Assembly: GCF_004010195.1 (NCBI RefSeq)
Contig: NC_057718.1
Coordinates: 101,948,197-102,007,800, forward strand
Direction: 5' to 3'
From: Chiloscyllium plagiosum
Lineage: Eukaryota
DNA length: 59,604 bases
Of the stretch, positions 11,787 to 24,944 are shown piece by piece (position 1 is the first letter of the stretch; every line of letters begins with the position of its first letter). The notes beneath the pieces were generated by a model that saw only the letters and a list, made by a program, of their open reading frames with translations, did not search any database and was not told where the DNA came from. Made by a program: the position numbers and the translations under genes.

Positions 11787-13774
11787 AAACTGAAGGACTC
11801 ACCTTTGATCTGTCAGTTATGGTTGAGACTGCGGCTATGCTACTAAAGTCACCCTGTCGTCTGAGGGGTCAGTCACTGTAAAATGGTTTCTATGAAATAA
11901 TTGTCTGCAAGATTGTGATTCTTATGGTCCCATTCGTGCTAATGACGTGCTGATCCTCTGCCCTTCTCTCTTCGTGAAAGCATCAACTTTTCGTTAGGGA
12001 CATCGCAGTCTGGATTGTGAAGAATGGCCATGATAAAGCAGCATTTGATCATTAAAGAGTTTAAATAAGCTCCAAAGTTGAAACACAGACTCACCAAGCC
12101 CTGGGGAGAAACAATCTCTAGGCTGTCAGAAACTGCAGATACATTCATCAGAACGAGAAACCTGAGGTGATGTTTTGCCTACACAGGCTGCACCAGCACT
12201 GGGGATTTAAAGCATTCTGTGGGTGAAGTCAATCTAGCAGAAATGTCCTCCTACTCTTTTCATTTGCCTCAGGAAGCTCTTAGCTATGGTGCAGCATCAA
12301 GCATTCTGACAGCTAAGTGTTGCAGCCTGAGCCATCAGTTTTCCCAGCCGCTGAGGTTTTCATTAATTCTGATCTTTTTATGGGCTTTTACAGCAAGGCC
12401 TGATTATTACATTACTCCGATCACTTGCATTGCAGCTTCTCGTAATCTAACATCTTCAAATGTGGAAATGAAAGCCATTCATTTTATTAGATGTACCCTA
12501 AAGGATACAGCTCCTCAACTCTTTCGGAAGCAGAATTATTTACTTGTCTGGATTCAACAATGCACCATGCTGTTAAACAGTAATTGTATTCCTCAATATT
12601 ATCACTAAAAAATACATCTTACGAAGTTAACACTACAGCAGGGAACCATTCGGCCTGATATCTGGCTCTGCATTTGTTTCGTCTGGAACATTTACTAAAT
12701 CTGTGCAAGGACTTAATTATGCTTTAATTCTTAAAGGGTTCAAGAGTAAATATGACTGTTCAACATTAATGAGGTATGCTACTTTTATTTATTTATTCCC
12801 ATTGTTCAAACACAGACATCAGTTGAAACAACAGCAGAATCAGATCTTTGCCTGTAGCGACAGTGACTATATTCCCATCAGGCAGCTCTCACATTACAGA
12901 GAGATATTGGGTGGTGGTCTAACCTGAAGATCACCACACCTCTAGTGATATTGGGAAGTAGAGAGCTTCATGATAACCTCAGATGATGCAGGATTTGAAC
13001 CTGTGCTGTTGGAATCATTCTGCATTGTAAACCAGCTACCCAGCCAACTGGGCTAACATTAGACAATTTAAGATGAGCATTCAGTCACATCATGCAATCC
13101 ATTTCCATTATATCATTATATGATTCCTTATTATTGAGTTCATTACCCACTTTAAGAACTCAGGCACCAGGTTTTACAATGTAAACTGGATTACAGCTCT
13201 GAAAGCTTTTTAAGACATTCGTTCACAGGACATGGGCATTGCTGGCTGAACTAAATTTTGTTGCCTTCATTAATTGCTCTTGAGAATGTGATGGCGAGCT
13301 GCCTTCTTGAACAGCTGAAATCCATTTGGCATAGGGACACACTCTAGTGTTGTGGAGAAGGAAGTTCCAGGGTTTTGACCCAGTGACACTGAAGGAACAG
13401 TGATATATTTCCAAATCAGGATGATGTGTGACTGGGAGTGGGTGGAGTTCTCATGTATCTGCTGCCATTGACCTTTTAGATAGTGGATGTTCTGGGTTTG
13501 GAAGGTGCTGTCAATGGATAATAGGTGAATTGTTGAAGTGCATCTCATAGATGGTATACATTGCTGCTAGTGAATGTTGTAGGAGCTGGTCTGGTGCCAG
13601 TCAGTCTTTGGTCTGGATGGTTTTGGGTTTCTTGAGTGTTGTTGGAGCTGCACGCTTCCAGGCAAGTGGAAACTATTCCATTACACTCTTTAAATAGCAT
13701 CTTAGGGAAACAGGAGATAAGTTACTTGCCTCAGAATTCCAAGCCTCTGACCTGCTCTTATCGCCACAATATTT

Positions 13775-14190
13775 GTGGATGTAGGTTTGCTCACTGAGCT
13801 GGAAGGTTCATTTTCAGACGTTTTGTCACCCTACTAGGTAACATCATCAGTGACAAGATTAGAGTGGTGTTGGGAAAGGACGTTTCAGGCAAAAACCCTT
13901 CATCATTCCAGATGAGGGGCTTGTGCCCAAAATGTTGATTTTCCTGCTCCTCGGATACTACCTGACCTGCTGTGCTTTTCCAGCACCACTCTAATCTTGA
14001 CTCTAATCTCCAACATCTGCAGTACCCACTTTTGCCTAACATCTTCAGAGAGCCTTCAGAGGCTCATCCAGAGGCTCACTGAAGATGTTACCTAGTATGG
14101 TGATGAAACGTCTGAAAACGAACCTTCCAGCTCAGCGAATAAACCTACATCCAGAACCTCAACCTGATTAACAAATCTTCTCAAAACTCG
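13775..14190. mobile_element. Palindromic Poseidon-like PLE terminal cassette with a nested Neptune-like cassette (13853-14035)
   Basis: Inverted arms; outer TSD tcgccaca(a/g)t(a/g)ttt; inner TSD taacatc(a/t)tcag(t/a)ga. Confidence 0.75.
14076..14115 (+). ncRNA. Minimal hammerhead ribozyme motif, family B
   Basis: tca-CTGAAGA-T-GTTACC-TAGTAT-GGTGAT-GAAA-CG-TC-tga. Confidence 0.68.
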
Positions 14191-14321
14191 CCACAGTGTT
14201 TATATGGCTGGTCCAGTTTAGCTTTTGATTAGTGGTAAACCCCCAGAAGTGTTGATTGTTGGGGTAAAATGCCAGAGAATATAAAAGGACAAAGATTAGA
14301 TTTTTTCTTGTTGAAGATGGT

Positions 14322-14755
14322 TGGTGTGGTGGCTCAGTGGTTAGCACTGCTGCCTCACAGTGCCAGGGAGCTGGGTTCAATTCCAGCCTCAGGCAACAGT
14401 CTGTGGAGTTTGCACGTTCTCCCTGTGTCTGCGTGGGTTTCCTCCCACAATCCAAAGATGTGCAGGTTAGGTGAATTGGCCCTGCTAAATTGCCTATACT
14501 GTAGGTTATTAGTCAGGGAGAAAGTGAGGAATGCAGATGCTGGAGATCAGAGCTGAAAATGTGTTGCTGGAAAAGCGCAGCAGGTCAGGCAGCATTCAAG
14601 GAGCAGGAGAATCGACGTTTCGGGCATGAGCCCTTCTTCAGGGGTTATTAGTCAGGAGTAAATATAGGAGAATAGGTCTGGGTGGGTTACTCTTTGGAGG
14701 GTCGGTGTGGACTTGTTGGGCCAAAGTGCCTGTTTCCACACTGTAGGGAATCTAA
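14322..14755 (+). mobile_element. HE1-like SINE interrupted by a hammerhead cassette
   Basis: Same family; insertion at 14517-14642. Confidence 0.8.
14608..14642 (-). ncRNA. Minimal hammerhead ribozyme motif, family A
   Basis: Minus strand CCTGAAGAAGGGCTCATGCCCGAAACGTCGAT; cassette 14517-14642 sits in a SINE with TSD ggttattagtcagg. Confidence 0.7.
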
Positions 14756-16205
14756 TTCTTAAAAATAAATTGGCATTTGTATGGTAAAAATCTCCAGTCC
14801 GTTCAAATACAGCAAAGAAGATTTGACATAGCATGCAGCCAGAGGATACACGCATGTTCATCTCAATCTCTCCCAATGGAACTGTTGTCTCAATCCTCAA
14901 TGATTTTGTTACTTTAAATGGTGACTAAGCAACACATTTCGACCCTTAAGACATAGGTGAGTTATCTTCCTGTTCCTTCAGCTCCTCATCGCTTATAAAG
15001 CCTTTTACATATCGTGTGCTGGGTCTATTGGGATTGTATGAACATACATTCCCATGTGATGTATATAATTTCAACAGACTGAAGGGAATGTCTAGCGGTG
15101 ACCTGTGACTGCCCTAACCACAAGACCATTGACTAACCATCCTACCATGAAGATTGAGCAGTGCTGGATGAGGGAGCATCTGAACGAGGGCAGTGTTTAA
15201 ACCTTCAGAAAAAGGGTTTGGAAAGTAGGTGAGAGGTGAAGGCTGGCAGAGGAGAGACAGGGATTAGGTTGTGGCTAGTAAATGGGTGGGTACACAGGGC
15301 AGATATCAGAAGCGGGTAAATGAGGGCTGTTACAGCAATCCGCTCTCTGGGCTGGGATGGGGGTGTTCAGGTCAGAGTGTGATGGGAGGGTGAGGTGTTG
15401 GGTTCATAGGCAGTAGGGATGTAGTCATGTAGTGGCTGCAGGAACTAGGTGGAGATGGGGAATGATTGGGAAGGGGGATGGAGCTGGGGGTGAGGTTGGG
15501 TAGGATCCAGCAGAGGTGGGGAGACAGGTGGGGGACGAGGAAGGTGTCTTATCTGTGGGGGACGAGGAAGGGGATTGAAGGTTGAATCTGGAGGGATCAA
15601 GTGGTTGGGGGAGGGGGAGTGTCAGTGTTAACATTCGGGGAATCAGTTTAATAGTTATCCAAGAGCTGCAATGGGCTTTAATATTCTAGGCAGGCCACTG
15701 AGTCAGAAACCTCCAAACTCTCTGAGTCTCCAACTGTCTGGGAGGATTCCTGATGGCGTCAATTGCCCATCACAGGTTTCAACTTACAGGGCAACTGCCG
15801 AGGAGTTAGCCAGGACCTCCACATGTTCGCAGTCTGCAGTGTTGTCAGGATCATCTTACTATTGGAACAACTGCGCCATTCAGATTCAGTACTGCCGATG
15901 GAGGGACAGATATTGTCAAGAACACAAGGATTACTTCTCTGTTTCTCTTTGAAGTAGAGGCTTTTCTTTCTAACATTCACCTGCGAGAGCAGACAGCTAT
16001 GCTGGTTAATGGTATCGACCACAACATGGCACCGGTGCTAGAGCAGCACTAGCTCAGTCCTGCTTTGGGTTTGCCAAACTTGGATTCTGGGCTCAAGCCC
16101 TGGTGAACTGGCTAGCATGAGAAGCCCTTTCCAGTCACCATAAAGTCTTACGTTCTCTTGGAGGTAAGTCTTAAGTGTCCTTGAATTATGTAAGTTACCA
16201 CTTAC

Positions 16206-16433
16206 TGTGGTTCCTGCACTGATCCTCCGACACAGTGGAACCTCTCAGGAACTGTCTTCCAGTCTCTGGCCATTTTAACCATCCCTCCAGCATCGAGCAC
16301 TCCGTAACCAAAGAGGTGATTAAACTCCAAACCCACGCCATTCCTTCTCCATTTGTGCACCTCGTCGTGCAGTTGATTGCGTTTGGAAGTCAAGACAGTC
16401 AGGTGCTGCATGTCTCGCCAAGTCAGAGTGGGA
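16206..16433 (-). CDS. PCSK2: PCSK2 coding exon (~exon 11), PTLTWRDMQHLTVLTSKRNQLHD...RFHCVGGSVQEP(Q)
   Basis: Lies within ORF 16202..16486; ccacAG acceptor, GTaagt donor; 228 bp. Confidence 0.97.
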
Positions 16434-16616
16434 CTGTGGAGCAAAAATTGCAAAATGAGCAGGGAAATGGTGTGAGGTTTGCCCATCTGTTGTCAATTGC
16501 AAATCATGCAGTCAGCTTTGCAATAAGATGAAACATCCTGAAGAAATATAAAATGGTTTAATCCATGCGCAATAGACATTTTAGTTCAATATGAACTATT
16601 CTTTTGGAGTACTGTT

Positions 16617-16810
16617 GAGAGTGCAGTGCTGGAAAAGCACAGCAGGTCAGGCAGCGTCCGAGGAGCAGGAGAATCGGCGTTTTGGGCTTCATCGATGAAA
16701 CATCGATGCCCAAAACGTTGATTCTCTTGCTCCTCGGATGGTGCCTGACCTGCTGTGCTTTTCCAGCACCGCACTCTCGACTCTGATCTCCAGCCTCTGC
16801 AGTCCTCACT
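16617..16810. repeat. Palindromic PLE-derived cassette, family A (cores degenerate)
   Basis: Inverted arms of about 70 bp spanning 16617-16778. Confidence 0.8.
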
Positions 16811-16819
16811 GTGTCCCGT

Positions 16820-17565
16820 TCAGGTTTTCCTGTTTTGGAAGGATATTGTTAAGCTGGAGAGCTTGAGCAGGGTGTCAGAGCAAATTACTGCAGAGGCTGG
16901 AATCTGTACTGAAAACAACAAATGCTGGAGATCACACCAGGTCAGGCAGCAAAGATGGAGAGAGAGCAGGCTAATGTTTCAAGTCTATGTTACTCTTCAT
17001 CAGATGAAGATGAGGAGTCATCCAGACTCGAAAGGTTAGCTTTCTCTCTCTCCATGGTTGCTGCCTGACCCACTGTGATCTCCAGCATTTGTTGTTTTTA
17101 CCAGGATGTTGCCAGAAAAGGAGGGTCTGAGGTTTGAAGAAAAGGCTGGGGCTTTTTTGACAGGATCATAGGAGCCCCAGTGTGAGGTGACCTAATAGAG
17201 GTTTATAGAATCATGAGGGGTGTAGATATGGTGAATGGCAGATGTGTTCTCCCTAAGGAGGGGAATTCAAAACAAGGGGGTTTATTTTTAAGGTGAGAGG
17301 AGAAAGATTTAAAAAGGACATGAGGGGCAACTTATTTACACAGAGAGTGGTTTGTGTATGGAATGAACTTTCAGAGGATACAGGTACAGTTACAACATTT
17401 TAAGACTTTTCGATAATGAATAGAAATATTCATTCACTACATGAATAAGAAATGTTTGGAGGGATATGGGTCAAGTGCAGGCAGGTGGGACTCGTTGAGT
17501 TTGGGAACGTGGTCAGTGTGGATTAGATGAACCGAAGGGTCTGTTTCCGTGCTGTATGACTCTGA
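16820..17565 (+). mobile_element. CR1-type LINE 3' fragment
   Basis: Aligns by eye with 2990-3480; interrupted at 16880-17099. Confidence 0.75.
16880..17099. repeat. Palindromic PLE-derived cassette (diverged family A) inserted in CR1
   Basis: Inverted arms 16912-17099; remnant gatga-g-GAGTC-atcca-GACTC-gaaa. Confidence 0.7.
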
Positions 17566-19220
17566 GTGTATTCACCTTATCTCTCTTTTTGGAGTGAACC
17601 TTGTCCACAGGAAGTCAAACTTCAGTTCAGGCTCAGGCTCAGTGCTAACACTTGCCTCTTGGAGTCAGGAGGTTATCAGATTCAAATCCCACTCCAGAGA
17701 CTTGAACTGAGAAAACAGTGCTGACACCCTGGTGTAACACAGGAGGAGTCCTGCTCAGTTGCAGATGCTACCTTCTGGGTGAGCTGTTAAACTGGGACCC
17801 TTTAAAGAAGGTTGGAGGGACGTGCCACCCAAAATTCTGACTAACATTTATCCCATAATTATCATCATAAAAACATGAGCACATTTCTGAGTATGGGAAC
17901 TTGCTATGTGCAAATTGGTTGCTGCATTTCATACATTCCAATGTATAAGGAGCAGGAGTAGGCCCTCAAGCCTGCCCCGCCATTCAATAAGATCATGGCT
18001 GATCTTTCGTGGCCTCAGCTCCAATTACCCGCCCGCTCACCATAACCCTTCATTCCTTTACTTTTCAAAAATCTGTCTATCTTTGGCTTAAAAAGGTTCA
18101 ACGAGGTCACCTCAGCTGCTTCACTGGGCAGGGAATTCCACAGATAAACACTGTTTAATGTTTCAGGAAATCCTCCATCCATAACCATAGAAAGGCATCT
18201 TGCCTTTCGTCTTTCATGATCTCAAATGGGCAATATCCTTTGCTCATCTTTGCTTTGTGAAGTTTTATTCACAGTGATGTGAAGCATTGCCAGAGTACAG
18301 GATTAGTGTGGGCTCCAAGGATCAATTTCAAATCAAGACAGGAATATAGTCTACTGTCTCACCCAAGTACTGGTGCGCCTGACAGGCTGAGGTCGGAAGA
18401 TCAAGAGATCAGATATTTGAGGGGTTTAAGATGATTCATGAATTTAATAGGGTAGGTAGAGAAACCATTTCCTCTTGTGGGACATTAGCCCAGAACAAAG
18501 CAGGCATAACCTTGGAGGTCAAACCATGCTGTTAGGACTCATACAAAGAGAAATCCAGGCATTCCACTCTCTCCCCAAAACCTGTTCAGAGTATAGGTCA
18601 ATTAACAATTTCCAAAACAAGTTGTTATTTTATTGGTGAAAGGGTATTACTAGATATGGAGTCAAGATGGGTGCAGGAGTAGTGGTACAGGTAACCAATG
18701 CTCCATTGGAATGGAACAGGTGTGAGGAGATGAATGGGTTCCCCCAGTTTGTATATATCAAAACTGTACACTGATCAGGCTCTGGGCAAAGCCACTCAAC
18801 CCAAAACATTAACTCTGATTCCTATCCACAGATGCTGCCAAACCTACTGAGCTTTTCCAGCAACTTCTACTTTTGTTGCTGTAGTTGACATTGATAGTAA
18901 GTTATTTTATCTAACTCTTTAACTAACTATGACACTATATATGTCTCACAGTATTTATGAACCAGTATAATTTACATTCTATTTATCCATGGGATGTGGG
19001 CATTGCTGGCTGGGCCCAGTATTTGTTGCCCGTCCCCAGCTCCACCTTGAGAAGGTGGGGGGTGAGCTGCCTTCTTGAACTGGTGCAGTCCATGTGCTGT
19101 AGGTAGACCCACAGTGCCTTTAGGGAGGGAATTCCAGGATTTAGACCCAGCAACAGTGAAGGAATGACGATATATTATTGAGTCAGGATGCTGAGTGGTT
19201 CAGGAGGGAATATATAGGTT

Positions 19221-19538
19221 CGATTCCCTGCAGTGTGGAAACAGGCCTTTGAGCCCAACAAGTCCACACCAACCCTCCGAAGAGTAACCCACCCAGACTC
19301 ATTCCCCTACATTTACCCCTGACTAATGCACCTAACACTACAGTCAATTTAGCATGGCCAATTCACCTGACCTGCACGTCTTTGGACTGTGGGAGCAAAC
19401 CGGAGCACCCGGAGGAAACTCACGCAATCACAGGGAGAATGCGCAAACTCCACACAAACAGTTGCCCAAGGCAGGAATTGACCCCGGGTCCCTGGCGCTG
19501 TGAGGCAGCAGTGCTAACCACTGAGCCACCGTGCCACC
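19221..19538 (-). mobile_element. HE1-like SINE nested in a LINE 3' end
   Basis: Same family; TSD-like tatatagg on both sides. Confidence 0.8.
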
Positions 19539-19766
19539 TATATAGGGGGGTGCATGTTCCCATGTATCTACTTCCCTTGTCTTTCTGGTTGGAAGGGGTG
19601 GTGGGTTTGGAAGGTCCTTTAGGAGGAACCTGAGTATGTTGATGAACAGCATCTTGAGGATGGTACACACATGATATGAAGCAACGTTCAACACGGTTTA
19701 CATATTGTCACAAGCACAATGGAAAGTGGCACAGGGAGCATGCCAAATGAAGTAAATCATACATAC

Positions 19767-19867
19767 TTTGCTTCCAAGGCCAGGGCAAAAACCCCAGCGG
19801 CTTCTGGTGCTGCAGCAGATGTCCCAGAATGACGGAGAGTGCAATTACCGTACAAATCAGTTGTTGC
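19767..19867 (-). CDS. PCSK2: PCSK2 coding exon (~exon 10) with catalytic Ser, ATTDLYGNCTLRHSGTSAAAPEAAGVFALALEA(N)
   Basis: GTSAAAP motif; ttaaAG acceptor, GTatgt donor; 101 bp. Not in the ORF track. Confidence 0.96.
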
Positions 19868-20088
19868 CTTTAATAAAACAATTGTGGGGAAAAGGAAAGA
19901 GATAATTAGGTCATTTATTTAATTAGGCAGCTTCTCTGTTGCACACTCAACGATAGAACAGCAATATCAATTACACATATCACTGAATGGCAGCCACAGC
20001 ATTCTGAAAGCATTAGACCCCCCTGACAAAGGAGCAGCTGCTGCTCCGTGTCAAACAGCGTGACTGAGACAATAATATCAGTGCTCAC

Positions 20089-20304
20089 CACACCAGCTTC
20101 TGGGTTTCTCTTCCTCCCGTTGCTGAAGGTAGAGGCAAGAGTTGAGGAGCAGCTTTCATCGTAGAGCGCCGTTCGGCCGTCGTTAATGGCCGAGTTGATG
20201 GAGATAGTCCACATGCTTGATGCATAACCATCACAGTTACAGTCGTCATAGCTGCCCCCGTCCCCAGAGGCCCACACGTAGATACTTCCCTTTCCATTCC
20301 GACC
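20089..20304 (-). CDS. PCSK2: PCSK2 coding exon (~exon 9), GRNGKGSIYVWASGDGGSYDDCNCDGY...NGRKRNPEAGV
   Basis: WASGDGG carries the PC2-diagnostic oxyanion Asp (Asn in other convertases); ctccAG acceptor, GTgagc donor; 216 bp. Confidence 0.97.
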
Positions 20305-21159
20305 CTGGAGCAGATAATTACACTGTCAGGTTCAACAATATGCTGCTACAAGAAGGTGTTCGCTGGGTCAAACACTCGCTCTAGGGAGCACCATTAGTGT
20401 CAACCACAGATGTAATCTTAAATGGAGACTCTCTGCGCCCTCTCAAGTGGGACTAAAATATTCCACAGTGCTATCATGGACTGGGGGTTGCCGGGGGGGG
20501 GCAGAATCCCTGGTGTCCTGGTCAAAACTTAACCCTTAATCTTCTTTAGTTCTCAGACTGACCCACAGCACCATGACCTCCACTATGGGAAGACCAAGGA
20601 TTCACCAGGAATCCTCAGCATTCTCACTGCCTGCAGTTGATATGCATTGGAAGGATTAGCAAGTTGATAGTCAGCGTACTTGGTTGTGACACCATAACAT
20701 AATAAGAAATAGGAACAGAGGTAGGCCATTTGGCCCCCTGAGCCTGCTCTGCCATTCAATAGGATTACAGCTAATCGGTATTCCTCATGTCCACTTTCTT
20801 CCCTTTTCCCCGTAACCGTGGATTCCCTTAAAATACACAAGGACTCTGCCCCACAGCTCTCCATGGCATGGAGTTCATAATCCTCTGAGAGAAGAAATTC
20901 CTCCCCATCTCAGTCTGAAATTGCCCCTTTTATTCTGAGACTGTGCCCTCTGGTCCTGGACTCTCCCATGAGGGGGAACATCCTCTCAGCATTGACCTTG
21001 TCAAGTCCCCTAAGAATTCTACATGCTTCGTTGTAAATTAGTCCACTTGATCATCAAGTCCTGTAGTGGGATGCAAACTCGGGCCTTCTGGCTCAGAGTC
21101 AGGGACATGACTCTGCACCACAAGACTTCCATCCTTCATACATAATTTAGTCTGCACCA

Positions 21160-21310
21160 CATTGCTGTTTGCAGGAGCTGACTCTGGGCAGATTGGTTGT
21201 CAGGTTTCTGAAATTCTGCTCAGTAGAATAAGTGCTCATTGGCTGCAAAGTGCTTCAGGATTTCCAGGGGTCATGAAAGGCACTATACAAATGCAAGTCT
21301 TTCTTTTCAT
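21160..21310 (+). mobile_element. Deu-domain SINE remnant (SacSINE1/AmnSINE1-like)
   Basis: attgctgtttgcaggagc...cattggctgcaaagtgcttc...aaaggcactatacaaatgcaagtc; related copies at about 17635-17945 and 34860-35155. Confidence 0.55.
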
Positions 21311-21649
21311 TACTATGTAATCTCACTATGTTGGGAGTGACAAAACTAAAATTACAGAAATAGTGGTGACAAGATCATTTGTAAAATGTTACCTTATAAA
21401 ACGTGGAACAAAATAGGACTTATGGCAGGGACTGAAGACAATGATTTTATCAAATAGCAAAACAGGCTCAAGGGGCCGAATGGCCTACTCAGAGTCATAG
21501 AGCTGTACAGCACGGAAACAGATATTTCAGTCCAACCCATCCATGCCGACAAGACATCCTAAATTAATCTAGTCCCATTTGCCAGCACTTGGCCCATATC
21601 CTTCTAAACCTTTCCTAGTCAGGTTGCTCACTGAGCTGGCAGGTTTGAT

Positions 21650-21692
21650 TTCAGATGTTTCGTCACCATGCTAGGTAACATCATCAGTGAGC
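21650..21692 (-). ncRNA. Minimal hammerhead ribozyme motif, family B
   Basis: Minus strand tca-CTGATGA-T-GTTACC-TAGCAT-GGTGAC-GAAA-CA-TC-tga. Confidence 0.7.
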
Positions 21693-22685
21693 CTCTGGTG
21701 AAGCATTGGTGTTCTGTCCCGCTTTGTATGAATGTGTCTTGGTCTGTTAAGGTGGGTGATATCATTTCTGGTTCTTTTTCTCAGAGGCTGGTAAATGGGG
21801 TCCAAATCGATATGTTTATTGATGGAGTTCTGGTCTGAATGCCAGGCCTTTAGGAATTCCCATGTGTGTCTCTGTTTAGCCTGTCCCAGGATGGATGTGT
21901 TGTCCCAGTCAAAGTGGTGTCCTTCTTCATCTGTATGTAAGTATATACATCTGTATACTAGTGATCGTGGGTTATATCTTTTGGTGATTAGTTGGTGTTT
22001 GTGTATCCTGGTGGCTAGTTTCCTGTCTGTGTGTCCGATGTAGTTTTGTTACAATCTTTGCAGAGTATTTTGTAAATGACATTTGTTTTTCTCGTTGTTG
22101 GTACAGGGTCCTTTAGGTTCATCAGGAGTTGTTTCAGTTTGTTGGTAGGCTTGTGGGCTACCATGATGCCAAGGGGTCGGAGTAGTCTGGTAGTCATCTC
22201 TGATATGTCTTTGATGTATGGTAGTGGTAGAAGGCTCATGCCATTCCATCCACTCCACCCAAGAATTCCTGAACATCATTAAAGACACCAAGATAGACGA
22301 AGACGAAATAATGGTCTCCTTTGCTATAATAGCCCTATTCATACCCATCAACATCAACCTGGCCAAGGAAACACTGACCGCACTGCGAGACAAACCAAGG
22401 ACACAAACACCAGACAACACCAACTCCATCTGCGAGGACAACATCTTCAAGCTAGTGGATCTGTGCTTCACTACTCACTTCACCTTCAATGACAAGACCT
22501 ACAAACAAATCAACAGAACACCCATGGGATCACCAATATCAGGCTTCTTAGCAGAAGCAGTAATGCAGACACTCAAACAAACAGCTCTCCCCATGATCCA
22601 ACCCAAATTTTGGATCCGCTACATGGATGGCACTTTTGTCATCACTAAACAGAACAAATTAGAGGAAATCTACAACATCATCGAC

Positions 22686-22971
22686 AACACGATTGCTCAG
22701 TGGCTAACACTGCTGCCTCACAGCGCCCAGGGACCAGGGACCTTGGCCGACTGTGTGAAGTTTGCACATTCTCCCCATGTCTGCGTGGATTTCCTCCCAC
22801 AGTCCAAAAACGATGTGCAGGCCAGGTGAATTGGCCATGCTAAATTGCCCATCGTGTTAGGTGCATTAGTCAGGGGTAAGTGTAGGGAAATGATTTGGGT
22901 GGGTTACTCTTCGGAGGTTTGGTATGGACTTGTTGGGCCGAAGGGCCTGTTTCCTTACTGTAGGGAATCTA
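22686..22971 (+). mobile_element. HE1-like SINE inserted in the PLE RT
   Basis: Same family as 826-1136. Confidence 0.8.
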
Positions 22972-24439
22972 ACCGAAAACATCCTTACTGTCATACATTT
23001 CATAAAGGGGAAGGGGAACAACAACAGACTCCCTTCCCTAGATGTCACAGTGGAACAAACAGCTAATGGAGAACTGCAGACAGTGTCTATAGGAAAGCAA
23101 CACACACAGACCAGATCCTTAACTAGAGAAGCAAACATCCTAACACCAACAAATGGATGCATTAGGGAATTATTTACACGGGCCACAAAACACTGTAGCA
23201 CCCAGGAACTATGAACAGAAGAAGAACATTTTCTGTACAATGTAATCAAGAAAAACAGGTACCCGATAAACACAGTCCACTGATTCTTAAACAACAACCC
23301 CAAACAAATAGAAACAACATGCCCCAAAACTCTAGCCACATTACCATACATCAAAGACACCTCGAAGATGTCTACTAGACTACTCTGAGCCCTTGGCATC
23401 ATGGCAGCACACAAATCTACCAACACAGTGAAACAGCTCCTGATTAAACTAAAGGATCTTATAACAACAACCAGCTAAACGAATGTCATTTACAAAATAC
23501 CGAGCAAGCACTGTAACAAACACCACATCAGACACACAGAAAGGAAACTAGCCAACAGGAAGCACGAGCATCAATTAGCCACTAAAAGACATGACCCTCT
23601 CTCACTAGTATCCTTACATACAGATGAAGAAGGACTGGGACAACACATCCATCCTGGGACAGGCTAAACAGAGACACACATGGGAATTCCTAAAGGTCTG
23701 GCATTCAGACCAGAACTCCATCAATAAACACATCAAATTGGATCCCATTTACCAACCTCTGAGAAAAAGAACCAGAAATGATATCACGCACCTTAACAGA
23801 CCAAGACACATTCATACAAAGCGGGACAGAACACCAGCCCTTCACTGGAGACTCACTAGCATGGTGACGAAACATCTGAAATCAAACCCGCCAGCTCAGT
23901 GAGCAAACTTACACTCTGAACCTCAACCTGAGCTACGAATCTCTCAAAAATCGCCTTCCTATTCATATACCCATCCAGATGCCTTTTAAATGTTGTAATT
24001 GTACCAGCCTCCACCACTTTCTCTGGCAGCTCATTCCATACACGCACCACCCTCTGCGTGAAAAATTTGCCCCTTATGTTCTTTTTAAATCTTTCCCCTC
24101 TCATCTTAAACCTACTCCCCCACTCTGGGGAAAAGATCATGTCTATTCACCCTCATGATTTTATAAACTTCTATAAGGTCACTCGCTCAGCCTCCGATGC
24201 TCCAGAGACAATACCCCTCCGATCCTATTTGGTATGTAAGGTGGAACATACCTTGCTGGGAGTGCAATTAGCCTTTGGCAGTGAATTGGACTGAAAAAAG
24301 GGAGGTTTAAAAAAAGAGAGGTAAACATAACGAGACAGGCAAATTAAAAATGTGAATTTAGGGAAATGGGAAGATATCAGAATATGAGCAAAAAGCAATA
24401 AGGGCAATAAGAGGGTGCTAATTAGGCACATTCACAGGA

Positions 24440-24780
24440 AGGACACAGCAGGCCAGGCAGCATCCGAGAAGCAGGAGAATCGACGTTTCGGGCATAAACC
24501 CTTCTTCAGGAATGAGGCTGGTGTGCCAGGCGGGCTAAGATAAAAATCATGTGGTCAGGGTCTGGCGATGGAGGAGGCCAAGGACCTGCATGTCCTTGGT
24601 GGAGTGGGAGTGGGAGTTAAAGTGTTCTGCCACGGGGCGGTTGGGTTGGTTGGTGCGGGTGTCCCAGAGGTGTTCCCTGAAACGTTCTGCAAATAGGCAG
24701 CCCATCTCCCCAATGTAGAGGAGACCACATCGGGTGCAACGGATACAGATGATGTGTGTGGAGGTGCAGGCAAATTCACC
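24440..24780 (-). mobile_element. PLE 3' fragment: GIY-YIG endonuclease remnant plus hammerhead repeat
   Basis: ORF 24547..24882 includes ICIRCTRCGLLYIGEMG..ERFREH...PVAEHFN. Confidence 0.85.
24478..24514 (-). ncRNA. Minimal hammerhead ribozyme motif, family A
   Basis: Minus strand CATTCCTGAAGAAGGGTTTATGCCCGAAACGTCGATT. Confidence 0.72.
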
Positions 24781-24944
24781 TACACTCCTATACTCCTGCC
24801 CACTCTTAGAATCCCATGATTCCCTGTGAGGCTGAAACTCTGTCTGTCCTGAGCTAACTGTATTCAGTGACAGGGACTCCACAACTGTTTGGGGTAGAGA
24901 AACCTAAAGGTTCACGATCATCCAAGTAAAGGCATTTCTCCTTA

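Larger units (their letters stand above)
21622..23954 (+). mobile_element. Decayed Penelope-like retroelement (Poseidon-like): RT and GIY-YIG remnants with an inverted copy of its 3' end upstream
   Basis: ORF 22218..22829 has TPMGSPISGFLAEAVM and WIRYMDGTF (degenerate YxDD). Later frames give thumb and endonuclease-like fragments. 21622-22225 is the reverse complement of about 23335-23910. A SINE is inserted at 22686-22971 and the element interrupts a CR1 tail. Confidence 0.85.

Noticed and set aside
12219..12608. 129-aa plus-strand ORF
   Set aside because: Intronic antisense, GTG start, no recognisable motif.
14322..14400. tRNA genes
   Set aside because: A/B boxes run directly into SINE bodies, so these are SINE heads.
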